A stretch of DNA of 59,305 nucleotides, counting the filler, from Fonticula-like sp. SCN 57-25 (Eukaryota), in assembly GCA_001724245.1 (NCBI GenBank). It is 8 parts of 8 records of this genome, joined end to end, with 100 filler letters (N's around TTAATTAATTAA, not from the genome) between each part and the next. Parts side by side here need not be neighbours in the genome. Positions count along the whole stretch, not along the records: positions 45,426 to 52,316 come from MEDX01000411.1; positions 52,417 to 59,305 come from MEDX01000412.1; 6 more parts are not named here. One strand, written 5' to 3'. The notes under the pieces are model-generated. The model was not told where the DNA came from. It did no database searches and worked only from the letters and a program-made list of their open reading frames with translations. Positions 47,617 through 59,305 of this stretch are shown one piece after another (the stretch's first letter is position 1; the number at the start of each line of letters is the position of its first letter). The position numbers and the translations under genes are program-made.

Positions 47617-49279
47617 ATGGAGAGCGAGAGCTCACAAAGGCTGATGCCTTCGGCTAGCGCCGAGTATGCCATCCCGTCATTCAAGCTATACAAGCGGCGC
47701 TGGCTTATGCTTGCGCTGTTTTGTCTTATGAACCTTGTCAACAGTGCGTAGTCTGACGTTTTGTTCATCGATGCTGATCAAACAACACAGACTTTCTAAT
47801 GTTTGGGTTTGCGCCGATCGCCAGCAGCGGCCAGCAATACTTTAAGGACGTCGAATTCGTCACCATCGAGTGCGTGGGACTCTTATTGTTTTTATTGGCC
47901 GCGGTTTGTTAACCGTTCATCAGTGCGATTAACATGTTGAGCGCTATCCCGCTCATCATCGCGGTTCCGCTATTCCTCTTTGGCCCTCTCCTCCTGACTC
48001 GCATCTCGCTGTACAATGCGGTTCGTTTCAAGCCCCACATCTCCGCTTTGTATTGTTTAACTCACATTATGCCTAGGTCCTTTTGCTTTGCGTGTCGGAC
48101 GTCGCTGGCGCTCTCATCCGCTATCCCGGTTGCCAGCCCACAGGAATGGGCTACCTTCTTCTGCTCATCGGCCAGGCGGTGCTTTCGGTCGGCCAGATCA
48201 CCTGCTGGGCGACGCCGACCAAGGTATTTATATCTTTGCTTTTGTTTCCTCTGGCTTAATGTGAATGTCCAGCTGTCGGGCACGTGGTTTGATGAGAGCG
48301 AGCGCGCTGTTGCGACTTCGTTGACGTCCATGTCGAACCTGCTCGGCATTGCGGTATCCTACTTTGTATCTCCCGCCGTCATGGCCGATCCCTCTCAGCG
48401 TACGTACCCGCGTCTTTTCTTTACCGCGCACATGCTGACATCCCGCTCAGTTCAATATCTCATGATGGTCCACTTTTGGGTGTGCCTTTGCTCGGCCGGG
48501 TTGACCGTGTGTCTGTTCCGGTCAGCGCCCCCTACGCCGCCGTCGCGCTCGTCGCTCGACCTCAAAGCTGCCATCGTGGGCGACATCCCGCGCGACCAGC
48601 CGTACTGGCAGTCCATCAAGACCATCCTGAAGAACAAGGTGTATCTTCTCTGCGGCTTTGCGTTCGCGCTGGGCTACGGCTTCTTCAACGGTCTCTTCAC
48701 CGTGATGAACCAGATGATGGTCGAGCAGGGGTACACGGAGTTTGACGTCTCTGTCTTTGGCAACGTTCTTATTTGGTCGGGTCTCGTCGGCGCATGTACG
48801 CGAGGTCACACATTGCCTGACCGCCTTGCTAACTGCGCTTGCTCTGTGCAGTCGTCGCCGGCAAGATCGTTGATCGCACAAAGCGGTATCGCGAGGTCGT
48901 CATTGGCGCTCTGTTCTTTGCAGTGCTTTCCCAGCTGTGGTTCACGCTCGCAGTGAAGCCCGACAACATGGTGTCGCTCAGCTTCTCGCTAGCGTCGCTG
49001 GGGTTCTTTGCCCTTGGCCTCGTTCCCGTTGCGCTCGAGCTCACCGTCGAGTACACATTCCCCATTGCAGAGCTTATTAGCAGCGCACTGCTTCTTACCA
49101 TTTGCTCCCTCGTCGCGTTTGTTTTCATTTTTATGATGAGCGCCTTGCTGCAGACAGAGAATTCGCAAAATGCAAACTGGTTCTGCCTCGGAGCGCTCGG
49201 GTTCGGTCTCTTTGCGTCGTTCTTCCTCACCACCGACTACAAGCGGCTGCAGTATGACTCGGACCACAGCACCAATTAG
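47617..49279 (+). CDS. MFS transporter, FLVCR/SLC49-like, multi-exon
   Basis: FKLYKRRWLMLALF, FAPIA, LSGTWFDESERAVATS, PPTPPS, GKIVDRTKRYR, ELTVEYTFPI, DYKRL. Confidence 0.9.
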
Positions 49280-49699
49280 ATTCTATACCCTTCTGTACTA
49301 TCACGTTGGGGTTGTACATGTTGCATTAATAGATTTCTGCTGTTGTACCTGGTAGCCTCCATTGTCACGATCGATCACAGGGAGTCATCGGAGTATTTTT
49401 TGGATGGCATATGGCATATAATTGGTAAACGGCAGCGGCAACAATGGAAGCCATGATATCAGAAAGACGTCAGCAATATTCATTGTCGTTTGAATATCGT
49501 ATTATATGCAGGTATGATGATGGAATACCAAGTAAAATAGGCCAGGCCTCGCTCAATATGCGTGGTCGCATCCAATATATCCACGTGGCCGGACGATCAA
49601 TTTCCCACAATCAGCAATCAATAACACACAAGCCTCACATGATCACCCCTAACAGTCAAACTTTGAACATCATCGCCGAGGTCCTTGTATAGTACAGTA

Positions 49700-51863
49700 A
49701 TGCCGGGCGACATCGTGCAAAGGACGTCACTGGAGCTTCACAGCCAGGAGGTGCGACATGCATATTTTGCTGCAGCCTCTGAACGTTTGGCAGGTGGAGG
49801 GATGTGCGCTGTCTCCCGATGGAACCCTCCTCGCAACCAGTGGTCAGGACGGGGTTCTGTGCGTCACCGACATCGCAAGCCAGTCAGTGGTGTACAGTGC
49901 CGAATTCAACGTCGTACGTTTTGCCCTTTGTGCACGTTCATTTGTGCTTAAAGAGCTGCATTGAAAGATATGGGGCGTTGCGTGGTCTCGTGATGGGTCG
50001 CGACTCGCCGCAGTGACCAACAACGGCAGCATCATGGAGGTTTTGAACTTGACATCCCTTTCAATTGTTCACGAAAGGCCAGCAGCCGTACGTTCTCCGT
50101 CATACACATAGTTGGAATTTTGACACAGTAAACAGCTCTACGGGTGCGCGTTTAGTCCGGACGGCCTGCTCGCAGTGTGTGGCGGCGATCGGTCAGTGAC
50201 ACTCCTTGATTCCGCCAACAACTATTCTGTCCGCCAGCATATCTCCGACCTTCCCGCTCTAGTGCGCCCCATTGTCCCGCGGCATTCATGCTCATTATAA
50301 CCCGACCAATAGGTATTTCGCGTGGCTTTCTCCCCTGACAGCCGCCTGCTCGTCGCAGGATGCGAAGGCGGGCACATTTGCATATTTGAGCAGGCAGGTG
50401 GCCGCTGGGCCAAAGTGGCATCGCGCCAACCCCCCTCGAGCGAGGTAAGTACTTTTTGTTTTATTTGCTTTTAGTTTATATTGGTGCATTATGCGTTGTT
50501 TTTGATTTCTTTTAAACTATTTCGAGCTGTGCATGATTCCTTCCTCTTACCCTCTGCATCAGGTCTCGTGTGTTGCGTTTAGTCCATCAGGAAAGCTGCT
50601 GCTCTCGTGCGGTGGCAAGTCTGCGTCGCTCTGGTCGGTTCCCTCGCACGGCCGCGAGTGGCCCTCATCGCCGTACACCGTGCTGCGTGGCCATCTTATG
50701 CATGTGATCGGAGGCGCGTTCCTCAGTGACGAAGAGCGCATCGTGACCGCCTCGGTCGACAGAGCGCTGCACGTGTGGCGCGTGTCGGATGGGTCGCAGC
50801 AGACAAGTGTCGAGTGCGGCTCGGTGCGCACAATATTCTTTTCATTTTGTTGCCGCTTACACCGCGTGCGCAGGCGCTGTCGCTGGCCTTGCACTCTGCC
50901 TCCGGCACTCTGGCGCTCGGCCTCGAAGACGGTGCCGTCGAGCTATGGGCCTTGAACGGCGGCGTGGCCGCGGAGAAACAAGGCGGCTGCTTGCGCGAGC
51001 TGCGTGCCACGACAGAGACGGAGCTGCACAACGCAGAGACGCAGCTTGGGCGCCTTTCTGACGCGTTGCGTGAGCCAATGTCCCGTGAGCAGGAACTGAC
51101 AAGCTCGATTGCCGCTCTTGAGGCCAACCGTACGAACCACATGTCTTTTATAGTTTTTTTTAACGTGTTTATTCTGCGTGCAGTGGAACGTGAAAAAGCC
51201 GAGCTTGTTGCCTTGCAGACGGCGTCGTTCCTAGCGAGCAAGTCCGAGCTCAGCGTGCTGACGGATCGGCGCGACGTGCTGCTTTCGCGCTTGATAGAGT
51301 GCGACCGGACGCTCGCGCGCCTCAGCGAGAGTGTGTCGCAGCACGGAATGGACGGGCTGCGCGGCGACCTCTTTGCCGAGTGGCTGTGCGACATTGGGCT
51401 GCGCAAGCTGCAAGCGGATCTCAGAGACATTGACGGCGAGTCGCTTGCCATGTTGGACATTGCGAGCACCCTCGACATGGGCCTCTCGTTTAACGATGCT
51501 GCTCACCTGCAGCTGCGCGGATTCGTGGCGCACTGCGGCCTCGGCGAAGCTCCTACATACGAACCGCCTCTCGGCTCGATGCTCGCGTGGACCGAAGAGC
51601 AAACAGCAAGCTGGCTGGCATCGTTGGGCGAGCCGTTTTCATCGCTCTCGTCCGCGGGCTGGCACGGGGCCGCCTTGTGCTCCCTGACGCCGTCGCGCGT
51701 AGCAGAGGCGAGCAAGGGGACGATCCGCACCGCCGGGGCGGTTCAGTTTATCAACCTCGTCAGGGAGAAGCGAAGGGAGGTTGACGGGACAAGATCCGCA
51801 TGGGTGGCAGAGCGGTCGGGGGCGACATGCGCGCGGCAGCAGACCCACCTAGTAGACAAGTGA
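49700..51863 (+). CDS. WD40-repeat / coiled-coil / tandem SAM-like protein (paralog B)
   Basis: MPGDIVQRTSLELHSQE|VEGCALSPDGTLLATSGQDG, VAFSPSGKLLLSCG, LRGHLMHVIGGAFLSDEERIVTASVDRALHVW. Heptads, then FAEWLCDIGL...IDGESLAML and MLAWTEEQTASWLASLG...GWHGAALCSL. Confidence 0.78.
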
Positions 51864-52316
51864 TTTAACGTTGTGCCACGCGAAAGCGAGGACATTTTTC
51901 TAGAGTTGACTAGACTATTGGTCGCGATGGTATCGGGCCACCTTTGTGCATTACTACGAATAGAGTTGAAGTTCCAAAAGAACCTATGAGATAGAACCAA
52001 ATTGACGATTGCACCAAAGAATACGCGGAATGGCAAAACTAAACTCGATTTTTCGCTGCAATTGGCCATTGAGTTTGACCGTGACTCGGCTCAGCAGAGT
52101 GCATGCTTTTATGCCACTCGCGTCACCCCCGATTGATCCTCTCATCGCGAGTTCAAATATCGTCTCAGATCGGAAACGTCTCACAGATTCTTTTGACGGC
52201 GGCGGCGTTTTGGCAGGCACTCAAGCCAAAAGTGTTGATAGGAAAATCCAAATCTGAGACGTACCGAAACCGACTTTTTTGATGATCCTGGATCCCGCGG
52301 CGGCTGGCCTGCGAGA

Positions 52317-52416
52317 NNNNNNNNNNNNNNNNNNNNNNNNNNNNNNNNNNNNNNNNNNNNTTAATTAATTAANNNNNNNNNNNNNNNNNNNNNNNNNNNN
52401 NNNNNNNNNNNNNNNN
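52317..52416. other. Artificial contig-joining spacer
   Basis: N44-TTAATTAATTAA-N44. Confidence 0.98.
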
Positions 52417-55400
52417 TTGGCGTCCGGGTCCATCTCGTCGCCAATGTCGTCCTCGTTCGGCAGCGCCGGCCGCAGCAGACGAATAAGGGCAAGCTCCTGC
52501 TCATACTTTTCAAGCAGCAGAACCGTTTCAAGCCTAATAACTGCTTCAGTATACTAAAAATAGGCAAGAAAGGCGCACGCTTCTAATTGGACCTCGTAGG
52601 CCGAGATGACGCGCTGGGCAAACTCGTGGCGGTCGCTCACCATAAACTTGCGCGGTGATTGGTGCTGAACAGAGATGCGGAAGCGCCACGCGAGGTTTTT
52701 GCGAAGCGCGCTCGCCTCGGCATCAACATCACGCTCAAGCAATGACACGTCATCAGTGATTCTGTGAAAGTAAAGAGGAAAGGAAAAAGAATGGGCGGGA
52801 AAGTGAGCAATACAACCCAATTATGCATCAATAAATACGCACGGCGTTGACGGCTCTTGTTGTCTAAATAGAAACTCTGCGTCACGCAAATGCACCTTTA
52901 AGAGAATCTCCTTTTCGACGTTGACCACAACCGACTCACCCACGTCAAACTCGAGCGTCAACTTGACGAGCGCCCCCACGAGCGCGCCCTCTTCCGTCAG
53001 CCTCATAAGCAGCCTCGACGCGTGCGCGCTCGCCGGCCAATCAACGGCCACCGTCAACAAATTCCGCGACGTGACGCACTCGATTTTTTCTGCCTCAAAC
53101 ACGAGCATGTCGAGCCGGTTCGACTCGTCGTGCTGCTGCTGCTGGCCGCTGTCAGTCGTGCCGGCGGCGGCGTCGACGAGCCGCAGTGGGCCGAGCACGA
53201 GGCCGAGGCACTGCTTTGGCACGATGCGCGCGGACGCGGCGGCGGCGGCGGACCGCGGCGCCTTGGCGTCGTCGTCAGCGTCAAAGGTGAGCGACTTGCC
53301 CGGCGCGATCTGGAGCACGAGTCGGCGCTCCTGGCCGTGGCGGAGGTGGTGCACTTTTTGGATGGCGTCGGAGCGCGTCGAGTAGTCGACGGCGGTCGGC
53401 GACCACGCGCCGTCATAGGAGAGCTCGCAGACGTCGGATTGGACGGTAAAGTCAAACTGGACGGACGACTTGAGGGCGGACGATGAGGCGTCAGAGGAGG
53501 ACGAGGGGAGTGCGGGTGACTCGACAAAGACTTCAAAGGCGAGGCTGTCGATCGAGCAGCGTGCCAGGAAGGCTTCGGTCACGGCGCTCTCGGCAAACAC
53601 ACTGTGCAATGGTGAGTATCAGAAAAGCAACTATTGAGATAATGACAATGACATGAAGATATTGGAGACAATAGACAAGACAATAGACAAGAAAGTCATG
53701 CCAACAGGAACAAAATGTCCAATAACTAATACAATAACCCATTCAAAAATAACGTACCAATCGTGCGAGAGGGTTGCGCTTCCTGAAATGACTTCAATGC
53801 GCTCGGTCGATTGTGTTGTCTGGTCCAGCCAGACGTACCGCACAAACACGCTGCTTCCCTGCGCGACACTCTCGTCCATGCCATTAAGCGACGCAAGCCG
53901 CATGCGGTACGCGAGCGGCTGGTCGAGCAGCTGCGCTGCTCCGTCGGCGACAATACTTGACTCGGTCAGCTCGCTGCCGTCGGCCGCGCACGGCGAAAAA
54001 GTGACCGACAAGTGGCATTGAACGGCGCCGGCAGAGTCAAAGACGGGTACGCTGCGCGAGAATGGCGCGCGGAAACGCACAAATTGGAGGTACACGTGGG
54101 CGACGCCGAGCACGCGCGCGCTGCCGCCCTCATCGGCATTCGAAAAGGGGTCCTCGCCGCCGTCGGGCGACATCACAACTTGCCCCGCCGCACCGCTGAA
54201 ATGACAAAAAGTACAAGAAAACGACCAAAAAGTGAGCTAAATAGGCAGAAATGAGTCAAATTCGGACCTTCCTTCTTGTTCCATGTGCGTGAGCCACATG
54301 TCGCGCATGACACCGAGCCGCTCGAGAAACTTGCTTCTCGTCCAAATACGGGACTTCTGGCTGCCCAAGTGCGTGACGCGCACCGATGGCTCCCCTCCCC
54401 TCACCGACAGCGCCCCCGACGCGTCAAACGCGCGCAGCGGCACCTCGGTCGACAGCGAAATCTCAAACACCGTGTTGCGGTGCAGCGCCTGACTAATTGC
54501 ATTAGCTTCATTGGTCGACTTGAACAGCTTTACGAGCTGCGCCTTGAGGTCCTCCTGCGGCACTGCCGCGCGGTCGCCGACGCTCCCGAGCAGCTCCGAC
54601 ACATTTGACTGCGCCTCGGCAAACTCGCGCTGCGCAAATGTCCAGTCGGCGCCCGCGGCGGCGCTGCTGCTCTCGGCGGCCTCGAGCGGGTTGCTGAAGC
54701 GGAACATGTGGTTTGTGCCGAGCAGCACGCGGTCGCCGTTCGCGAGCACCGTCGCCGACGTCAGCTGGTGGCCGTTGCGGTACACGGCAGCATCGCCGAC
54801 GGGCGTCAGCGTGACCTTGCCGTCGGCGCTGTCGAGCACGCAGTGGCGGTCCTGGATGTTGAGGCCGCTCAGCTGGATGACGGGGGCGGAGGCGTCGGCG
54901 TCGGGGGCGTCGGCGGAGCGGCCGACGTGCGTCTCGCCGTCGGCAAGGTAGTAGACAAGGCACTCGGACATCATTGGGTCCTCGTTGAGGTTGACGAGGT
55001 AGGGCTTGCGGCGGTCGAGCTTGACGGCGACGCCAGTGGTCTCGAGCATGTGCGTGCGGTCGCGGAGAAGCTGCTCGGATCGGCGAAGTTTTTCATTCCA
55101 GTCTAGAAAAGTAAGGAAAATGGGGTGAGAATGGGTGAGAAAGGAGTGAAAATGGGTAAAAAGGAAGCAAACCCAATCAAAAAAGTACAAAAAGAGTGTC
55201 AATAAATATAATACAAAAGTGCGCACCCTCGCTCATGTCTGCAAAGATGCGCTCCGACTGGGCCAACTGGTCGCGCAGCGAGATGATCTCACGCTGATCG
55301 TCGTCGTTCCTGATAAGCGGCGAGTCTGGCCCGCTCGCCCCCCCACTCACCATCGCCTTCAACCTCTCGATCTCTGCGCGCAGCTCTCTCACAAGCTTTG

Positions 55401-56797
55401 TCTGCGGGTCCTCGTTGACCACTGCGCGGTTGACGATGAGCTTTGCCCTATCGGCGTACCGCAGCGTCGAGAGCGTCTCTTCAAAGTTGTCCGCCGACGG
55501 GCTGATCGCCGCGAGCATGATTGTCTTTGCGTTGCCGCCGAGCGACTGCGTCAGCAGCCACGTGAGGACACTGTCGCGGTATGGAATAAAAACATTCTTC
55601 TTGGACGACGCGAGCGCGAGCGCCGAGATGACGCGGCCGAGCGCCGACAGCGACACGTTAATGCTCGCGCCTTCCTTGAGTCGCTCGTCCGTCGCGCCCG
55701 TCTTGGAAACGCGCTCGCTGCCGGCAAGGTCGACCAGGTTGATCACAGACACTTTTTCGCTGCCCTTGCCAGAGTCGGGGTGCTTGACCATTTGGGAAAA
55801 GGACAGCGTAAAGATGGCGTGACTGCGCGAAGAAACGTCGTTCATGTTGGTCGCGGCGACAGTACGCGCCTTGTTGCCAAGGTCAATGAGCTGCTTGACG
55901 CTGTCGAAATTGCTCGCGGCAAACATGGAAAGGTTCTCGACATACGGGCCGGTGACGGGGTGTGAACGGATCTTGAGGCCTTCCGACGACTGCGTCAAAC
56001 CAAAAAGGGGTTAAAAAGACGCAAAAAAGAATGGAAAGCGAACCTTGTTCTTGCCGGGGTCCAAAAGGTCGCGGATCCGCTCGTTATAGATCTCCATGTA
56101 CGACACCTGAAGGAGGTAGCTGTGGTTCGGATCCTTGTCGGCTTCCATCGTCTCAAAGAGACCAGCGCAGATGCGCGGAATAAGACCTTCGTCGTCGGGC
56201 AGACCCATCATGCTGCGGTACAGTGAGCGGCCATGCGCGATTGCCGCGGCGAAGCGCGTACCTGAACGACTTGCCGGCGCCGGTCTGGCCGTACGCAAAG
56301 ATCGAACAGTTGAATCCTGTGCGCCAATGAGTCAAAAAGAGCAAAAAGATGGACATGCGTACCCTGCCTCGCATTGTTCAGGCAGTCACGCCCGATATCT
56401 TCAAAAATGTCTCCGTTCGTTACAAAATCGGGATCGTTCTTGTCAAAACTACGCGGTCGCCGAGCGTCAACGGTCATGCGGAATCGATGCGGGAACCGCG
56501 CGTACCTCCAGTAACTATGGTCAAAATGAAACGTATGCTCCTTCTGCTTACCTTTGTCCTGTGCTTCCTGCGGGGCTACTATCGTTGTGGACTCTGTAAC
56601 GGCGTCAGTACCGGCGATTACGTATGACCAGTATGCACGTACTGCCACCATGCATGGAAATCGCGCATTCGCTTCCCAAATCTATTTCACTTTTGGATTT
56701 CGGTGTAAGCATATCAAATGTTTTTCTGTCGAACACTGGCATACCGCTGCGTGAATGGCCGCACGCGCACCACCACCTTGACGTTGGACGCGGCCAT
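52417..56797 (-). CDS. Kinesin-3 motor (KIF13/KIF1-like; motor, FHA, C2-like and DUF3694-like regions), 3' truncated
   Basis: [87 protein letters not shown] precedes the FHA, which ends GTNHMFRF. Confidence 0.93.
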
Positions 56798-56944
56798 GGC
56801 GGGCTGGGGCGGGTCCCGCGATCACGAAACGATGACAGAGCAAACAACAAAAATCGCATGCGTAAACGCACCATCAAGGTCTTATCTAATCGACCAATCA
56901 GAGACGAGCGGTGAGCATTGTGGTCTTGTTTTCCCTGCAGCGAC

Positions 56945-58508
56945 ATGGACGTCCCAGCAGGTGCGTAAGATGGACCTCGGCATCCCTGCCTCTCTCCCTC
57001 CTGTCTCTGTCACTCGGCGTTCGGAATGCATTGATACTTACCTACCGATAATGCTAGGCTACTTTGACCCTGTTGGTCATGTGGAGTCGACGCTCGTCCT
57101 CACCTCGACCAACGGGACTTTTTCGACCAAGATGGTCGCCGTCCCGGAAGGCCAGCTCGTCTCTATTGGCCGCCTCACCGACCCCACCGACTCTGACATT
57201 GTGCCCAAGTTTGTCAGCGCCGTCGTGTCGCGCAAGCACGCCGCCTTTACGCAGCAGTCTGGAAAGGTGCGATTGCTTTGCGACCCGCGTGGTTTTGCTA
57301 ACGTTTGCCGCGACGGCATTAGTTTTACGTCAAGGATCTCGGGTCCGCGTCGGGCACGTTCGTCTCTGACGGCAAGACCGACCTGCAGCGCCTGAGCGAG
57401 CAGGTACGCGCTACCCTTTTGTGACCATTTCGCCTAATGATTCTCGCGCAGACGAAGGAGAGCGGCCTCGTGGAGCTGTTTGACGGCTCCATCATCCGCC
57501 TCGGCAATGACTATGAGAACGGCGGCAGTGCGTCACTTTGCCGCTCTTTTCCTTTACTTATTTGCTGTTTCAATAGCGCTCCACCGCTGCATCCAGATCA
57601 AGGTTGGCCTTCCTTCCATGTTTGCGGCCGCCGCCCTCGAGCCCGACTCGGCCCCCGCCGAGGCCCCCGCGCCCGCCCCCGTCGCCGCCGCGCCCACGCC
57701 CGCCGCGTCCGTCCCGATTCCTATCCCCGCGGCGGCCGAGCCTGTAGAAGCGACGCCCGCGCCGGTCAAGGCGTCGTCGCTGCCGCCGCCGCCCGTCGCC
57801 ATGTCGGCCGCGAGCAGCGCGCCAAAGTTTGTCGGGTCCGTCCCGCTCCCCCCGCCGCCGCTTGCGCTCTCAAAGTCGGACGCCGCGGTGTCGTCGCCGC
57901 TGCTGACGGCCGCGTCGCTCCCGCCGGCGCCCATCGGTGCCGCCTCGCCTGCGCGCGCTAGCCAAGTTTCTCCTGCCGTTCGCGTGACGACGCAGGTCAA
58001 GGCTGCCCCCGCTGCCGTTTCGCCGGCTTCGGCACCGTCGCGCGCCACTTCGGCGCCGATTGCCATTGTAGACAAGAACAAGAGCGCCTCCGCTGCCGTC
58101 GCAGGCGACGCACCCGAGGCGACGGTCGGCAGCTTTGTCGACTACACGACGGAGCCGTCGGTCAAGGAGAACGTCGAAAAGGAGCTCAACAGCGTGTGGA
58201 CGTCGGTGACGTCATCGCCCGGCGCCGCGTCCAAGCTGCGCCCCTCGAGCGGGTCGCCGACGGCGGGCTCGCCCGTGGCGCAGCGCGCGGCCAAGCCCGG
58301 CGAAAAGGCCGCGCCCGAGCCGCACGCAGAGTGCGTCGCGTTCGTGCGCAGCGTGCCGTGGGAGACGGACCTCGTCGGGCACCGCATCTTGCATATGGCG
58401 CAGTCGGGCGAGCCAATGGTGCTCGAGTTTTATGAGCAGCTCAGGTACTTTCCCTCTGCGTTCAAGGACGTCATCATCAAGGAATTCAAAAAGACGGGAC
58501 ACGCGTAG
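56945..58508 (+). CDS. FHA-domain protein with Pro/Ala/Ser-rich linker and small C-terminal domain
   Basis: MDVPA|GYFDP...VSIGR...FVSAVVSRKHA...|FYVKDLGSASGTFV...DGSIIRLGND...HRCIQIKV (Dma1/Vps64-type FHA). Confidence 0.8.
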
Positions 58509-58813
58509 ATGGGCGGGCAGGACCAATCGCCGACGCCAACGTCGCATTCTGCTTTCCTTTGGCTTTAAACCACTTTTCTCGTTTTGCTTTTCACTTTGTA
58601 CTACACTCATTGGAACTTTACTCATTTAGCAAGCAGCTCCTTCATATTTAATAGAAATATGTGATACATGACGACTGACCAATAAGTAAGACGCCACGCT
58701 ACCGAGCAGGAACAGAAAAGACAACAAAAACCATACAACATACAGGAAATGACACTATAAAACACATAAATATATACACGAATCGCTTTTGTACATTGTT
58801 GCAGCGCCGCTCT

Positions 58814-59305
58814 CTAGCCGCGCCCCACAATCTGGGGCGGCCCCGCGTGCGCCGCCGCATCCTTTGCCGTCATTTCCGTGACGATGCGGCTCGGCATTGT
58901 GAGCCCAGCAATGGCCGCCTTGTAATCCGGATTGGGCGTCGCCTCAAAGCCCTCGTAGATGCTCTGCGTCGGGCTCGAGTAAATATCCGACGCAAAGACG
59001 GACCGCAGCAGCCGCGGCAGCCTGTCCGAGCGAGCGATGAGCTGCCTCAAGTCTTCCGGCACCGGCGGCCTCACTCTGCTCGTGGCGGCGTTCTTGCCCT
59101 TTTTCTTTCCGCCGCGCGGCTGCACCTGCTTCTGCCGCTTGACGTAGCCCGCCTCGATCTGCCTGTGCAGCTCGCCGAGCACCTCCTCGTACTCTTGGTA
59201 CCCGAGCTGCGCCTTGACGCGCGTGTACAGCCGCGCCCGCCGCGCATTGTTGAGCGAGATCTGCTGACGAAGCAGCTGCTGCAGCGTGCGCAGCTGCGTG
59301 CAAAT
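58814..59305 (-). CDS. SAGA subunit Ada3/Ngg1 (TADA3), C-terminal part
   Basis: ICTQLRTLQQLLRQQISLNNARRARLYTRVKAQLGYQEYEEVLGELHRQIEAGYVKR matches the Ada3 C-terminal pattern (N.ARK.RL...QM.YQEY...L..LD.Q....Y.KR). Confidence 0.8.
   Translation of the reverse strand: MCTQLRTLQQLLRQQISLNNARRARLYTRVKAQLGYQEYEEVLGELHRQIEAGYVKRQKQVQPRGGKKKGKNAATSRVRPPVPEDLRQLIARSDRLPRLLRSVFASDIYSSPTQSIYEGFEATPNPDYKAAIAGLTMPSRIVTEMTAKDAAAHAGPPQIVGRG

Noticed and set aside
6975-52416. Regularly recurring TTAATTAATTAA flanked by Ns as a biological repeat, array or piggyBac TTAA site
   Set aside because: Exactly 44 N + 12 nt + 44 N each time, with stops in all six frames, and genes are cut at each one. It is an assembly linker.
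57034-57043. ATACTTACCT resembling the U1 snRNA 5' end
   Set aside because: Lies at the end of a short intron and runs directly into FHA coding sequence; no U1 stem-loops.
1-59305. CRISPR arrays, prokaryotic operons or defence islands, transposases, rRNA
   Set aside because: None seen. The sequence is spliceosomal-intron-containing eukaryotic DNA, and apparent gene clusters across spacers are artefacts of concatenation.

Overview
Eukaryotic, intron-containing, gene-dense DNA from a unicellular eukaryote. It is probably an early-branching opisthokont: fungal-type SRF/Mcm1 and Ada3 occur together with presenilin and a DCP1 that keeps its trimerisation domain (this placement is inference). The window is not contiguous genome. 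It is eight contigs of about 7-10 kb joined by artificial 100-nt spacers (44 N + TTAATTAATTAA + 44 N), so neighbourhoods across spacers are meaningless. Recognisable genes: INO80, DCP1, DNAJB6-like (partial), ENPP, an XRN exoribonuclease with an unusual C-terminus, a 7TM GPR137/THH1-like fragment, an Mlx/Max-family bHLH, SRF/Mcm1, Artemis, TBC1D20-like, V-ATPase D, ACAA2 thiolase, cytochrome c peroxidase, a PH protein, presenilin, two FHA proteins, a macrodomain-SAM-Q/N protein, ArfGAP2/3, CCDC25, ACMSD, ACOT9-like, an FLVCR-like MFS transporter, kinesin-3 and Ada3. The most notable observation is a ~1 kb non-coding, highly base-paired region (~18770-19775, +) with the element order of a telomerase RNA. 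It has a boundary hairpin, a CTAACCCTAA template, a U-rich/A-rich pseudoknot, a core-enclosing helix and a CR4/5-like three-way junction with a P6.1-like hairpin. Also notable are two paralogous WD40-coiled-coil-SAM-SAM genes with shared introns and a small spliced DASH-like gene missed by the ORF track. All calls are from reading the sequence by eye; no searches were run.
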